NCBI GenBank assembly: GCA_028685755.1
Contig: JAQUDJ010000001.1
Coordinates: 113,208 to 177,207, forward strand
Reading direction: 5' to 3'
DNA: 64,000 nt
From: Eubacteriales bacterium
GTDB lineage: Bacteria > Bacillota > Clostridia > Saccharofermentanales > UBA5734
Shown here: piece by piece, positions 8,518 to 18,950 of the stretch
How the letters are laid out: the number at the start of each line of letters is the position of its first letter
Numbering within the stretch: position 1 is the first letter of the stretch
Position numbers and translations under genes: made by a program
Notes under the pieces: model-generated
Told to the model about the DNA's origin: nothing
Databases searched by the model: none
What the model saw: only the letters and a program-made list of their open reading frames with translations

Positions 8518-9406
8518 ATGCGAGGGTGAGGCCGGTCAAACGTTCATAAGCTTCGCGATATTTGGCGGCAGTTTTGGCAATGACTTCACTTGGCAGAGTC
8601 GGAGCAGGCGGGGTTTTGTCCCAGTCCAACGTTTCGAGCCATTCGCGCAGATATTGCTTGTCAAAGCTCTTTTGGGCGCGGCCGGGCTGATAGTCCGACT
8701 GCTCCCAGAACCGCGAGGAATCTGGGGTGAAAATCTCGTCGGCGACGACAAGATGGCCGTCGAGCAGACCAAATTCGAACTTCGTGTCGGCAAGGATAAT
8801 ACCACGGCTTTCCGCATATGCTGCGGCCTTTTCGTAGAGGGCAATACTCTTCTCTTCAAGTTTGGTTGCCATGGCGGAGCCGATCAATTTGCCGAGCTCG
8901 GCGATCGTGATATTGATGTCATGGCCTTCGTCGGCTTTGGTGGATGGGGTAAACATCGGTTTTGGGAGGCGGTCGCCTTGGCGCAAATCAGCTGGCATTT
9001 TGACGCCACTAATCGTGCCACTTTGCCGATATTCTTTGAGCGCGGAACCCTCAAGGTAACCGCGCACGATGCATTCGGCCGGGAGCATTTGCACTTTCTT
9101 GACCCACATCGAACGGCCACGCAATTGATCCTGGTACGGGGCTAAACTGGCAGGATACGCTGCCGGATCCGTTGAAATCACATGATTCGGGATCACATCT
9201 TTGGTGTAGTCAAACCAGAAGGCGGCAATGCTGTTCAGCACGGTGCCTTTGTCTGGGATCAATTCGTCAAAAACCACGTCAAAGGCGGAGATTCGATCGG
9301 TTACGACGATCAATAATGAGTCACCTAAATCGTAAACGTCTCGGACTTTACCACGGACGAAAAGAGGCAGTGGAATGAATGATGTGTCATTGAGCAAGTG
9401 TGACAT
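8516..9406 (-). CDS. purC: SAICAR synthetase (long, about 296-aa type)
   Basis: PurC motifs (RGKVRDVYD, LI.V.TDRISAFD, ADTKFEFG). The gene is embedded between hisB and hisH. Confidence 0.9.
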   Translation of the reverse strand: MSHLLNDTSFIPLPLFVRGKVRDVYDLGDSLLIVVTDRISAFDVVFDELIPDKGTVLNSIAAFWFDYTKDVIPNHVISTDPAAYPASLAPYQDQLRGRSMWVKKVQMLPAECIVRGYLEGSALKEYRQSGTISGVKMPADLRQGDRLPKPMFTPSTKADEGHDINITIAELGKLIGSAMATKLEEKSIALYEKAAAYAESRGIILADTKFEFGLLDGHLVVADEIFTPDSSRFWEQSDYQPGRAQKSFDKQYLREWLETLDWDKTPPAPTLPSEVIAKTAAKYREAYERLTGLTLA

Positions 9407-9420
9407 AATACCTCCGAAAT

Positions 9421-10008
9421 TTAGAGCACGCCTTTAGTGCTGGGGATCTGGTTCTGGCGGCGTGTATCAATGCGGACCGCCACGGCTAAAGCACGGGCGA
9501 GGGCTTTGAATAAGCCTTCAATTATATGATGGTCATTTTTACCATAGCGGCAAGACAGGTGCAAGGTCAATCCGGCGTTGAAAGCAAGTGCTCGAAAAAA
9601 TTCTTCGGCCAATTGGGTTTCAAAATCGCCGACTTGTGGCGCCTGCAGCGCAACGTTGTAAACAAAGAATGGCCGGCCCGAGCAGTCGACAACGGCTTCA
9701 AGCAAGGCTTCGTCCATCGGGATGAGTGCTTGGCCATAACGGTTGATACCCCGTTTGTCCCCGAGGGCGCGGGCGAGGGTTTGGCCGATGACAATGCCCA
9801 CATCTTCGACGGTATGATGGGCATCAATTTGCAGATCACCCACCGCATGGACGTTGAGATTGAATTGAGCATGTTTGGCTAGCAAGGTCAACATGTGGTC
9901 GAGAAAACCCACGCCGGTTTGGATCTCGGAATTGCCCTGACCATCGATGTCCAAGCTAACTTGAATGTCGGTTTCTTTTGTCTGGCGGTTTTGTTGGGCA
10001 CTGCGCAT
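9421..10008 (-). CDS. hisB: Imidazoleglycerol-phosphate dehydratase
   Basis: IGPD motifs (GVGFLDHML, DAHHTVEDVGI, NDHHIIEGLFKA). GGAGG lies 8 nt upstream of the ATG at 10008. The ORF-track start at 10050 has no RBS. Confidence 0.92.
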   Translation of the reverse strand: MRSAQQNRQTKETDIQVSLDIDGQGNSEIQTGVGFLDHMLTLLAKHAQFNLNVHAVGDLQIDAHHTVEDVGIVIGQTLARALGDKRGINRYGQALIPMDEALLEAVVDCSGRPFFVYNVALQAPQVGDFETQLAEEFFRALAFNAGLTLHLSCRYGKNDHHIIEGLFKALARALAVAVRIDTRRQNQIPSTKGVL

Positions 10009-10077
10009 GGCTATGTCCTCCTCATGTTGTGAAAATATCGTTCGATTCATCAGACGGTTTTATTATAGGGTATCTAT

Positions 10078-10115
10078 ACTGGACTGGCTATTCCTGACTG
10101 GACTGGCTATTCCTG
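10078..10115. repeat. Perfect 19-bp tandem duplication in the hisC-hisB spacer
   Basis: actggactggctattcctg occurs twice, back to back (10078-10096 and 10097-10115). Confidence 0.95.
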
Positions 10116-10184
10116 CGTCGCTTGCATCCTGCTATGTGACGCAGTGGCTAGTTCACTGTCGGGCAAGTTTCATTTGTCCTCATT

Positions 10185-11294
10185 TTAGGACACGATTGTT
10201 TCAAGGGCTGTGATCAGACGATCCATTTCAGCGTCGGTGCCGATACTGATGCGCAGAAACTGCTCAATGCGAGGCTGTTTGAAATGACGCACGAGAATGC
10301 CAGCTTCGCGCAATTGACTGTATAGCAGGTCGCCAGCGAGCCGTTTGTGACTGACAAAAATAAAATTGGCGGCTGAGGGTAAAACGGTGAAGCCGAGCCT
10401 TTCTAAGGCTGCTGTAGTGCGTTGGCGAGTCGCCATGATGTGGGCGCGAGTTGATTCAAACCAATTGCCATCTTCAAAAGCAGCAACCGCACAGGTCTGC
10501 GCCAGTGAGTCGAGCGTATATGAGTTGAATGAATCTCGGACCCGCTCAAGGGCGGCGATCAATTGCGGATCGCCAAAAGCAAAGCCAACACGCAAGCCAG
10601 CTAAAGCGCGTGATTTGGAAAGGGTTTGGATCACGAGGATATTATCAAATTCGGTAAGAAGTGCAACTGCCGATTCGCCACCAAAATCGATATATGCTTC
10701 ATCAACTATCACGAGACGGTTGCGATCAGCTGAGGCTAGGTTGGCAACTTGGTCGAGGGTGAGCGCTATCCCGGTCGGGGCATTGGGATTGGCCAAGATG
10801 ATCCCAGCCGATGGCGCGGCTAAGTCGCCAAGCGGAATCGTGAAATCTTCGTTCAAGGCCACACGGCGAAAAGGGATGTTGTAAAGATTCGCGTAGACTG
10901 GGTAGAAACTGTAAGTTACATCCGGAAAGACGATCTGTTTTGTCGCTGTTGCGGTGTTTGGATCCCCATGGTAATCAAAAAAGGCTTGAAAAGCCATCGC
11001 TAGCACTTCATCAGACCCGTTGCCGGCAAAGACCTGGTTGAGAGGCAGACCATAATACTCGGCAATTGTCGTCCGCAATTTTAGGCCCGTTGGATCGGGA
11101 TATAGCTTTAGTTGCTCAATTGGGAAGCTTTTCAGCGCTTCAAGGACTCCCGGCGCTGGCGGATAAGGGTTTTCATTGGTGTTGAGCTTGATAAATTGGC
11201 GATCACGCGGTTGTTCACCCGGAATATACGGGGTCAAATCGTGTGTCTTTTTACTCCAGAGACGGCGGGCGTCTTGCGGGTTCGGTGAGGTCAT
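10185..11294 (-). CDS. hisC: Histidinol-phosphate aminotransferase
   Basis: 369 aa class-II aminotransferase (LNTNENPY, VIVDEAY, SKS.ALAGLR). There is a 4-nt overlap with hisD. Confidence 0.92.
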   Translation of the reverse strand: MTSPNPQDARRLWSKKTHDLTPYIPGEQPRDRQFIKLNTNENPYPPAPGVLEALKSFPIEQLKLYPDPTGLKLRTTIAEYYGLPLNQVFAGNGSDEVLAMAFQAFFDYHGDPNTATATKQIVFPDVTYSFYPVYANLYNIPFRRVALNEDFTIPLGDLAAPSAGIILANPNAPTGIALTLDQVANLASADRNRLVIVDEAYIDFGGESAVALLTEFDNILVIQTLSKSRALAGLRVGFAFGDPQLIAALERVRDSFNSYTLDSLAQTCAVAAFEDGNWFESTRAHIMATRQRTTAALERLGFTVLPSAANFIFVSHKRLAGDLLYSQLREAGILVRHFKQPRIEQFLRISIGTDAEMDRLITALETIVS

Positions 11295-12664
11295 AAAGCC
11301 TCCTTTGGGGTGCTCGGTTCGGTTGTAGCGGCGAGGTCTGCCCCAAAGCGAACACGTAACGCATCAGCATGGGCGGCGAGATCTTCTTGGTCGGCGAAAT
11401 GGGCGACTTTTTCCCAGACAGCTGCAAGATCTTCGCGGGTATAGTGGATCAGACTTGTCTTTTTGATAAAGTCAGCGGTGTTGAGCGGTGAAAAAAAGCG
11501 AGCTGTGCCACTGGTCGGTAGCACATGATTGGGGCCGGCAAAGTAATCGCCGAGGGGCTCGGGGCTGTAATGGCCGATGAAGATCGCGCCGGCGTGGCGA
11601 ATAGAAGCTAAGGTCGAATCAAGATCTGCATCTTTTAGACATAATTCGAGATGTTCAGGCGCGAGTTCGTTGACAAAATCGATCGCGGTCGCAAGATCGG
11701 GCACAAGTAAGATTGCTCCGTAATCATGCAAAGAACGCTCAATAATTGCGTGGCGCGGCAACAACGGCACGCGGCGTTGCAGCTCTTTTGCAACCGCTGT
11801 CGCAAGGACTTCGCTTGTCGTAACGAGAATACTTGAGGCGAGCGGATCGTGTTCGGCTTGTGAAAGCATGTCGGCTGCAACATATGTGGGGTTTGCCGAC
11901 TCGTCAGCCAAAATTAAAATTTCGCTCGGACCGGCAAACATATCAATGTCACAGTGGCCATAAACGAGCCGTTTGGCGGTATTTACGTAAATATTTCCCG
12001 GGCCACAGATTTTATCGACAGCTGGAACACTTGAAGTGCCGTAAGCCATAGCGGCAATCGCCTGTGCGCCGCCGATGCGGTAAATTTCATCAACACCGGC
12101 AATATCCGCAGCTGCTAAAATGGCCGGGTGGACAGTCCCATCGGCGCGTGGTGGTGTGCACATCACGATTTTTGGGACACCAGCTGCTTTGGCAGGTAGT
12201 ACATTCATCAGAACGGATGAAGGCAGCGGGGCAGAACCACCCGGTACATAGACCCCAACGATGTCGAGGGGGCGTTGGATCAGACCTGTGTAGCCGCCAT
12301 ATGCGGTCGGCAAACGCAAGTCCGGGGTGAGTTGGGCTTTATGAAATGTGCTAATGTTAGCAGCTGCTGCTTTGAGCGTTTGGAGGAAATCGAGATCGAG
12401 GCTAGCTGTAGCTGCTGCGATTTCGTGCGGTTGTACGCGGAGTTGATCGGCGGTGAGGTTGGCTTTGTCAAAACGCTGGGTCAATTCGAGGACAGCTGCA
12501 TCACCCCGGTTCCGAATCGCGTCGATCACGCTCTGGACGGTCTCAATTACTGGTGCTAAATCCATTTTGTGGCGCAAGCCTAATTTAGTGGTGATAGCCG
12601 ACAATTCCGCGCGTTCCGTCCGGATGATCGGAATTTGAACAGTATTGGATTTTTGATCGACCAT
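11291..12664 (-). CDS. hisD: Histidinol dehydrogenase
   Basis: HisD motifs (CGPGN.YV, SQAEHD, GDY..G.NHVLPT). The start is set at the ATG at 12664, just after the hisG stop, with a GGAGG inside the hisG 3' end. Confidence 0.92.
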   Translation of the reverse strand: MVDQKSNTVQIPIIRTERAELSAITTKLGLRHKMDLAPVIETVQSVIDAIRNRGDAAVLELTQRFDKANLTADQLRVQPHEIAAATASLDLDFLQTLKAAAANISTFHKAQLTPDLRLPTAYGGYTGLIQRPLDIVGVYVPGGSAPLPSSVLMNVLPAKAAGVPKIVMCTPPRADGTVHPAILAAADIAGVDEIYRIGGAQAIAAMAYGTSSVPAVDKICGPGNIYVNTAKRLVYGHCDIDMFAGPSEILILADESANPTYVAADMLSQAEHDPLASSILVTTSEVLATAVAKELQRRVPLLPRHAIIERSLHDYGAILLVPDLATAIDFVNELAPEHLELCLKDADLDSTLASIRHAGAIFIGHYSPEPLGDYFAGPNHVLPTSGTARFFSPLNTADFIKKTSLIHYTREDLAAVWEKVAHFADQEDLAAHADALRVRFGADLAATTEPSTPKEAL

Positions 12665-12665
12665 A

Positions 12666-13322
12666 TCAGGCCTCCTTCGCGCGGTTAACACTAAGTTGTG
12701 TCCGCACGGCTTGAATCAAGGGGTTGATTCGGTCTGCTTTCATTTTCATGCTGACACGATTGACAACCATGCGTGCACTGACGGCTTCGATCACTTCGAG
12801 CACGGTCAAGCCGTTTTCTTCAAGTGTCTTGCCACTCTCGACGATATCGACTATTACATCGGCGAGACCAATCAAAGGAGCGAGTTCAACTGAACCATTG
12901 AGCTTGATGATTTCAACGCTTTCGCGCTTTTTTGTTTCAAAGTATTCTCGAGCAATGTGTGGATATTTCGTCCCGATTCGCTTGTTTGGCAGGCGATCAA
13001 GCTTGCCTATGAGGGCTTTGGGCCCGCACACGCACATCCGACAGGCGCCAAAGCCGAGGTTGAGGACTTCGAACAATTGACGGCTTTCTTCGAGCAGTGT
13101 GTCTTTGCCAACGACCCCAATATCTGCAGCACCATATTCGACATAAGTCGGTACGTCAGCGGGTTTAGCCATGATGAAACGCAGTCCCGTTTTTTCATCC
13201 TCGAGAATCAGGCGACGACTTTTTTCTTTGGCCGCACTGCAATCATATCCGGCTTGTTCGAATAATTCGATCGCCTGTTCGGCGAGGCGTCCTTTTGAAA
13301 GGGCAATCGTTAATTTATCCAC
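12666..13322 (-). CDS. hisG: ATP phosphoribosyltransferase, short form
   Basis: 218 aa with no C-terminal regulatory domain. Begins [10 protein letters not shown]. It is paired with hisZ. Confidence 0.92.
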   Translation of the reverse strand: MDKLTIALSKGRLAEQAIELFEQAGYDCSAAKEKSRRLILEDEKTGLRFIMAKPADVPTYVEYGAADIGVVGKDTLLEESRQLFEVLNLGFGACRMCVCGPKALIGKLDRLPNKRIGTKYPHIAREYFETKKRESVEIIKLNGSVELAPLIGLADVIVDIVESGKTLEENGLTVLEVIEAVSARMVVNRVSMKMKADRINPLIQAVRTQLSVNRAKEA

Positions 13323-14553
13323 GGGATTTCCCTCCCTGAGTATCGTTTGTCAAGGTGATGAGCTCATCACCTTCAGCTCCAAGATAGAGAACCTTGGCGT
13401 AATCACTGTTGCCGACGCGGCCGCGCAAGGCCTCGAGGGTCTGATTGTCGTAATCGCAAACAATGGCCCAACCATCCTGTCGCATGCTTCTGGCGCGAGC
13501 TAGCGCGTCGGCGCGACGCGATGGATGATAACCAAGAAAGTCGACCGTCGGACGATCGGGTAAATTTTGGCCTTGGCGACGCAAGGCTTGCATCGCAAAA
13601 TTGAGTCCCATTGAGAAGCCGGTCGCCGATAGGTCGCGGCCAAAGTTGGTGACGAGTTGGTCATAACGACCGCCACTGAACAGCGGAAACCCAAGGCCGT
13701 ATGTAAAACCTTTAAAGATAATGCCGGTATAGTAGTTTAAGCTTTGCAACTGACCCAAATCAAGTGAAACGTAGGGAAGCAGGCCATAGAGGTCGAGTTG
13801 TTCGAGGACTGCCCGGAGATTAGCCAAAGCGTCAAGGCACAGTGGATTACTCACTAAGCCGGCGAGTTGGTCGAGGACATCATATGTTCCATAAAGGGAA
13901 GGCATCAAGAGCAAGACTTCTCGAGCTTTCGCTTCGAGACCAACGCCGTCTGCTAGTTCTTCTAAGGCGACCATATCCTTTGCATCGATTAAGCGTGGGA
14001 GTTTTTGCGCGACTTCCTCAGCGAGGCCCCATTCAGCGACTAAACCTTTGAAAAAATTAACTTGGCCGATTGAAACTTGCAGATCTTTAATCCCGATCGC
14101 TTGCGCCGCCTCAATTGCCATCGCGATGACTTCTGCATCAGCCGCTGGGGATTGACTGCCCATCAATTCGACACCTGCTTGGGCAAATTCACGCTGACGA
14201 CCACCACCAAATTCATTGTAGCGGTACATGCTATTCACATAAGAAAAGCGCAAGGGCAGTTGGCTGTCACGGTACAAAGTTGCCGCAACACGAGCAGCTG
14301 GGACTGTGCCATCATAACGCAGGCAGAGAATCCGCCCCTGTTGATCGAAAAATTTAAATAGACCTTCCTGAGGCGCAAGGCCACTGCCGGAAGCGTAAAC
14401 ATCATAAAATTCGATGCCCGGCGTTTCAATTTCTTGATAACCACCTCGCTGGAAAAGTTCGCGCAGCTGCTTCTCGAGTTGCCGCTTGGCATAACAATCA
14501 TCAGGCAGAATATCGCTGACCCCGTCGGGTGTATGAAATTGCCATTGTCCCAT
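13315..14553 (-). CDS. hisZ: ATP phosphoribosyltransferase regulatory subunit (HisRS paralogue)
   Basis: 412 aa class-II aaRS-like core without an anticodon domain. It lies directly upstream of, and overlaps, the short hisG. Confidence 0.88.
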   Translation of the reverse strand: MGQWQFHTPDGVSDILPDDCYAKRQLEKQLRELFQRGGYQEIETPGIEFYDVYASGSGLAPQEGLFKFFDQQGRILCLRYDGTVPAARVAATLYRDSQLPLRFSYVNSMYRYNEFGGGRQREFAQAGVELMGSQSPAADAEVIAMAIEAAQAIGIKDLQVSIGQVNFFKGLVAEWGLAEEVAQKLPRLIDAKDMVALEELADGVGLEAKAREVLLLMPSLYGTYDVLDQLAGLVSNPLCLDALANLRAVLEQLDLYGLLPYVSLDLGQLQSLNYYTGIIFKGFTYGLGFPLFSGGRYDQLVTNFGRDLSATGFSMGLNFAMQALRRQGQNLPDRPTVDFLGYHPSRRADALARARSMRQDGWAIVCDYDNQTLEALRGRVGNSDYAKVLYLGAEGDELITLTNDTQGGKSRG

Positions 14554-14657
14554 AGAAAGTCCCTCGTTTCATCGTGTCACTGCTTTAATTTTAAGGCATT
14601 AAGCTTTTAAAATCACTTTACTGTGATAAAGCTATAAAGTGTTAAAGCAATGGCTAG

Positions 14658-14686
14658 AGTATATACAGCGCATATGACCTTGTCAA
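14658..14686 (-). promoter_or_regulatory. his operon promoter
   Basis: On the minus strand, TTGACA (14686-14681), a 17-nt spacer and TATACT (14663-14658). It lies about 100 nt upstream of hisZ. Confidence 0.6.
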
Positions 14687-14740
14687 CGGGGATTTGCAAC
14701 AGGCTGATTTTGATTGTCTGCGGGACATTTATGGCACACG

Positions 14741-14770
14741 AATAAAAAGGCGCCGGTTAAACGGCGCCTT
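14741..14770 (-). terminator. V-ATPase operon terminator
   Basis: On the minus strand, AAGGCGCCG-TTTAAC-CGGCGCCTT forms a 9-bp stem followed by TTTATT. The ntpD stop codon lies in the loop. Confidence 0.8.
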
Positions 14771-15434
14771 TGAGGTCTGCGAGTCGAGCTTTTTCGATGG
14801 CCTGTTTGACAATCATGTCTTTGACTTTCATCAGGCGGGTCAGATTACCACGTTCATTTTCTTCCATTTTCATTGCGATCGAGTGAATTTGCTCTTTTAG
14901 CTCCGGAATCAAAATGTATTCGAGCGAATTGACGCGTCGGCGGGTTTTTTCAATCTCGTCAGCTAAGAGCTGAGCACTTTTCTCGACTTCGGCCAATTCG
15001 AGCATGACCGGGAAAGCTTCGTGCAAGGCGACGATCGCTTGGTCAAGTTCGCCGGCAGTCGAAGCTAAGCCGTAAGGCAAGCCTTCGATTTCACCCGTGA
15101 CTTCGAAGAGCGAAGCGAATACCGGCACTTTGACGCTCATGACGTTGCGGGTATCGATCGACAGCGCTAATGATTCGCGACCTGCCATCAAAGCGGTTTC
15201 TAGCGTGGAGGTGTCCATCACGGCGCGGGCCATCACCATATCTTGGTTCGCGCTAGCTAGCAAATCTTCAACCTTTAGACGCAGCGCGCGATTGGCTCGG
15301 ATCAGTTCTAGGAACTGCCGCATCAATTCATCACGCTTGTCTTTGAGTAGCTTGTGACCGCGGCGAGCCGTCACAAGCTGTTTCTTCAGCCGGAGAAGCT
15401 CCATGCGATTGGGATTGACTTGTCGTTGGGCCAT
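14757..15434 (-). CDS. ntpD: V-type ATPase subunit D
   Basis: 225 aa coiled-coil central-stalk subunit. It is the last gene of an ntpFIKECGABD-ordered operon. Confidence 0.9.
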   Translation of the reverse strand: MAQRQVNPNRMELLRLKKQLVTARRGHKLLKDKRDELMRQFLELIRANRALRLKVEDLLASANQDMVMARAVMDTSTLETALMAGRESLALSIDTRNVMSVKVPVFASLFEVTGEIEGLPYGLASTAGELDQAIVALHEAFPVMLELAEVEKSAQLLADEIEKTRRRVNSLEYILIPELKEQIHSIAMKMEENERGNLTRLMKVKDMIVKQAIEKARLADLKGAV

Positions 15435-15440
15435 GGCCTA

Positions 15441-16814
15441 TCAGTCCTTCCCGTAATACTGATCGATAAAAGATTCTTTGATACGTTTGAGTTCGTTTTT
15501 GGGCAGCATCGAAAGGAGTTTCCAGCCAATCTGTAAGGTTTCGAGGATGGCGCGGTCGCCTTCGAAACCCTGAGAGACGTATTCGCGCTCAAAAGCTTCT
15601 GCAAAACGTGCGTAAATGCGATCAACTTCAGAGAGGGCATCTTCACCGAGGATGACGGCCAGTTCTTTGGCGTCTTTACCACGGGAGTATGCTGCAAACA
15701 ATTGGTTCATGGTATTGGCGTGATCGGCCCGGGTCTTGCCTTCACCGATACCCTTGTCTTTGAGTCGGGACAATGACGGCAAAACATCGATCGGTGGCTT
15801 GACGCCTTTTTTGTGAAGATCACGGCTCAGAATAATCTGGCCTTCTGTGATATAGCCTGTCAAATCAGGGATTGGATGGGTTTTGTCATCATCAGGCATG
15901 GTCAAAATCGGCACGAACGTAATCGAACCTTCTTTGCCGCGCTGACGTCCGGCACGTTCGTACATGGTCGCCAAGTCGGTATACAGATAGCCTGGATATC
16001 CGCGGCGGCCGGGGACTTCTTTGCGAGCGGCGGAAACTTCACGCAGCGCTTCAGCATAGTATGTAATGTCCGTCATGATGACCAACACGTGCATGTCGAG
16101 CTCAAAGGCGAGGTATTCAGCAGCAGTCAAGGCCATGCGCGGCGTAGAAATACGTTCGATTGCCGGGTCACTTGCCAGGTTGATGAAAAGTACGGAACGG
16201 TCGATCGCCCCGGTGCGGCGGAAATCATTGATGAAGTAATCTGCTTCTTCAAAGGTGATCCCCATGGCTGCGAAAACAACCGCAAAATTGCCAGATCCGT
16301 CGCGGACCTTGGCTTGGCGGGCTATTTGAGCAGCAAGTTGGGCGTGGGGCAAACCGGATGCCGAGAAAATCGGCAATTTCTGACCGCGAACGAGGGTGTT
16401 CAGCCCGTCGATTGCGGAAACGCCGGTCTGAATGAATTCATTCGGGTAGTCACGCGCTGCTGGGTTCATTGGCTTGCCATTGATATCGAGCATGCGGGTC
16501 GGGATGATCGCCGGTCCACCGTCTTTAGGGGTACCCATGCCATCGAAAACGCGGCCGAGGATATCCGGTGAAACAGCTAATTCGAGGCCTTTACCGAGGA
16601 AGCGGACTTTGCTGTGCTCAGCATTGATCCCGAGGGAGCTTTCAAAAAGCTGAACTAAAGCGTTTTGACCGTTGATTTCGAGCACTTTACAGCGGCGAAT
16701 TTCACCACTCGGTAGCTCGATTTCGCCAAGTTCATCGTATTTGACACCTTCGACCTGTTGCACGAGCATCAGCGGTCCGGCGACTTCTTCAATGGTGCGA
16801 TATTCTCTGGGCAT
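15441..16814 (-). CDS. ntpB: V-type ATPase subunit B
   Basis: 457 aa non-catalytic nucleotide-binding subunit with A/V-type B motifs. Confidence 0.95.
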   Translation of the reverse strand: MPREYRTIEEVAGPLMLVQQVEGVKYDELGEIELPSGEIRRCKVLEINGQNALVQLFESSLGINAEHSKVRFLGKGLELAVSPDILGRVFDGMGTPKDGGPAIIPTRMLDINGKPMNPAARDYPNEFIQTGVSAIDGLNTLVRGQKLPIFSASGLPHAQLAAQIARQAKVRDGSGNFAVVFAAMGITFEEADYFINDFRRTGAIDRSVLFINLASDPAIERISTPRMALTAAEYLAFELDMHVLVIMTDITYYAEALREVSAARKEVPGRRGYPGYLYTDLATMYERAGRQRGKEGSITFVPILTMPDDDKTHPIPDLTGYITEGQIILSRDLHKKGVKPPIDVLPSLSRLKDKGIGEGKTRADHANTMNQLFAAYSRGKDAKELAVILGEDALSEVDRIYARFAEAFEREYVSQGFEGDRAILETLQIGWKLLSMLPKNELKRIKESFIDQYYGKD

Positions 16815-16815
16815 G

Positions 16816-18594
16816 TTACATCACCCCCTGGGGAATTGCGGCTTCGATTTGTTCGGTCAACTCACGTGCCAACTGATCAGCACGTTCGGTGACCTGCGCC
16901 TCCGGCACGAATTTCAGACGGCTAATGCCATCGCGGACGGGCAGGTTGATTAAGTCACGGAAGGAAGCGCTGCGCTCTAAAGCGCGCTGTCCATCGTAAT
17001 AGAACTGCATCATCAAGCTGAGCATGCGGTGCTGTTTATTCAATGAGGAGTAGGTATCGATTTCATCATAGGAATTCTGATGCAAGAAATCTTCACGCAC
17101 GGAACGTGAGGCTTCGAGTTTCAGACGGTCAACTGCAGACAGGGAATCCTGGCCAACCAGTCGGACGATTTCTTCGAGTTCGGATTCTTCTTGGAGCAGG
17201 CGCATGGCATCGCTCCTGAGTTTGCTCCAATCTGGTGTGACCATTTGGTTCATCCAGGCGTCAATTTTGTCGGTGTACAACGAGTAGCTGTTGAGCCAGT
17301 TGATCGCTGGAAAGTGACGTTTGTATGCGAGTGCGGAGTCAAGTCCCCAAAAGACTTTGACGATACGCAACGTGGATTGGGCAACTGGGTCAGAAAGGTC
17401 ACCACCAGGTGGTGAAACGGCACCTATTGCGGTCAATACCCCAATGCGGCCTTCTGAGCCGAGGCAGCGAACACTGCCAGCACGTTCGTAGAAGTTGGCC
17501 AAACGGGACCCGAGGTAGGCGGGGTAGCCTTCTTCACCAGGCATTTCTTCTAAGCGGCCAGACATTTCGCGGAGGGCTTCCGCCCAACGTGATGTTGAGT
17601 CTGCCATGATGGATACCGAAAAGCCCATGTCTCTGAAGTATTCAGCAATGGTGATCCCGGTATAGATTGACGCTTCACGGGCGGCAACTGGCATGTCGGA
17701 CGTATTGGCGATCAAGATCGTGCGCTTCATCAATGAATAGCCGGATTTAGGGTCGATCAATTCCGGAAATTCCATGAGCACGTCGGTCATTTCATTGCCG
17801 CGTTCGCCACAGCCGATGTAAACAACGATATCAGATTCAGCCCATTTGGCGAGCTGATGTTGGATAACGGTCTTGCCACTTCCGAAAGGGCCTGGAACGG
17901 TTGCTGTTCCGCCTTTTGCGACGGGGAAGAATGTATCGACGACACGCTGGCCTGTAACAAGCGGCGCATCCGGCGAAATTTTTTCGGCATAGGGGCGACC
18001 ACGGCGAACCGGCCATTTTTGGAGCATGGCCACATGGACGGACTGACCTTTAATATTACGGACAACGGCGATGGTTTCGGTGACGAGTTTGTCGCCAGCT
18101 TCGATCGACTCGATCGTTCCAGATAAGCCGGGGGGTACGAGTACTTTGTGCAAGACGAGTTCGGTTTCTTGGACAGTTCCAAGGACATCCCCCGCTACGA
18201 CGACTTGACCAACAGTTGCGACGGGCTGGAAAGCCCAGTGTTTTGTGCGGTCGATTGCGGGGACGGAAACACCACGGTCAATGTTATTACCGGCCATTTC
18301 AACGAGGCGTGCCAGCGGTCGTTGGATGCCGTCAAAAATCTGACCAATCAAACCGGGTGCGAGTTCGACTGATAACGGTGCACCTTCGGAAACGACCGGT
18401 TCGCCCGGACCGAGACCAGCGGTGTCTTCGTAGACCTGGATCGATGCTCGGTCACCGTGCATTTCGATGATTTCACCAATCAACTTTTTGTCCGAAACAC
18501 GGACGACGTCAAAGAGTTCCGAGTCGCGCATGCCTTCGGCAACGACGAGCGGACCTGATACTTTGACGATTGTCCCCTGACTTATGTTAGCCAT
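16816..18594 (-). CDS. ntpA: V-type ATPase catalytic subunit A
   Basis: 592 aa. It has a Walker A motif (GPFGSGKT) and the non-homologous insert typical of A subunits. Confidence 0.96.
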   Translation of the reverse strand: MANISQGTIVKVSGPLVVAEGMRDSELFDVVRVSDKKLIGEIIEMHGDRASIQVYEDTAGLGPGEPVVSEGAPLSVELAPGLIGQIFDGIQRPLARLVEMAGNNIDRGVSVPAIDRTKHWAFQPVATVGQVVVAGDVLGTVQETELVLHKVLVPPGLSGTIESIEAGDKLVTETIAVVRNIKGQSVHVAMLQKWPVRRGRPYAEKISPDAPLVTGQRVVDTFFPVAKGGTATVPGPFGSGKTVIQHQLAKWAESDIVVYIGCGERGNEMTDVLMEFPELIDPKSGYSLMKRTILIANTSDMPVAAREASIYTGITIAEYFRDMGFSVSIMADSTSRWAEALREMSGRLEEMPGEEGYPAYLGSRLANFYERAGSVRCLGSEGRIGVLTAIGAVSPPGGDLSDPVAQSTLRIVKVFWGLDSALAYKRHFPAINWLNSYSLYTDKIDAWMNQMVTPDWSKLRSDAMRLLQEESELEEIVRLVGQDSLSAVDRLKLEASRSVREDFLHQNSYDEIDTYSSLNKQHRMLSLMMQFYYDGQRALERSASFRDLINLPVRDGISRLKFVPEAQVTERADQLARELTEQIEAAIPQGVM

Positions 18595-18599
18595 GGTGT

Positions 18600-18947
18600 T
18601 TACTCCTTATCTTGATCGGCTTGGTTCACTTCGTCTTGAGCGAAGATATCCATGCCGACAGCTTTTTTAACGGATTCCCGAACTTGGCGCAAACCTAAGC
18701 CGGTTGATCCCAATACCGATGGGATCGGAATAATTGCAGGCAGCTTGTAACTCCGCAGGTCACGCAATAAGGCTTCATTTTGTTCTGCCAGCTCTTCAGT
18801 GATGAAAATGACTGCATATTGTTCTTCCACGAGACGGGTCAGCAGTTTTTCAGCTTCAGCTCCTGTTGTCGCTTCCAAGACAGACATGCCGAGCGCGCGA
18901 AAACCGATGATACTATCTCGATCGCCAATGACGCCTACTTGATACAT
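18600..18947 (-). CDS. ntpG: V-type ATPase subunit F
   Basis: 115 aa. Begins [15 protein letters not shown]. Position is between the C and A subunits. Confidence 0.85.
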   Translation of the reverse strand: MYQVGVIGDRDSIIGFRALGMSVLEATTGAEAEKLLTRLVEEQYAVIFITEELAEQNEALLRDLRSYKLPAIIPIPSVLGSTGLGLRQVRESVKKAVGMDIFAQDEVNQADQDKE

Positions 18948-18950
18948 CGG

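Noticed and set aside
8384-9145. Long antisense ORFs opposite highly conserved genes were considered. Examples are 8384-9145 opposite purC, 15813-16571 opposite ntpB, 41602-42240 opposite clpC, 52091-52924 opposite rpoC and 54137-55006 opposite rpoB.
   Set aside because: They are shadow ORFs. Each lies entirely within a gene with unmistakable homology on the other strand, has odd amino-acid composition and has no RBS.
14554-14657. A T-box or His-codon leader-peptide attenuator upstream of hisZ was considered.
   Set aside because: The leader is only about 100 nt, which is too short for a T-box. It has no T-box 14-mer, no run of His codons and no convincing terminator.
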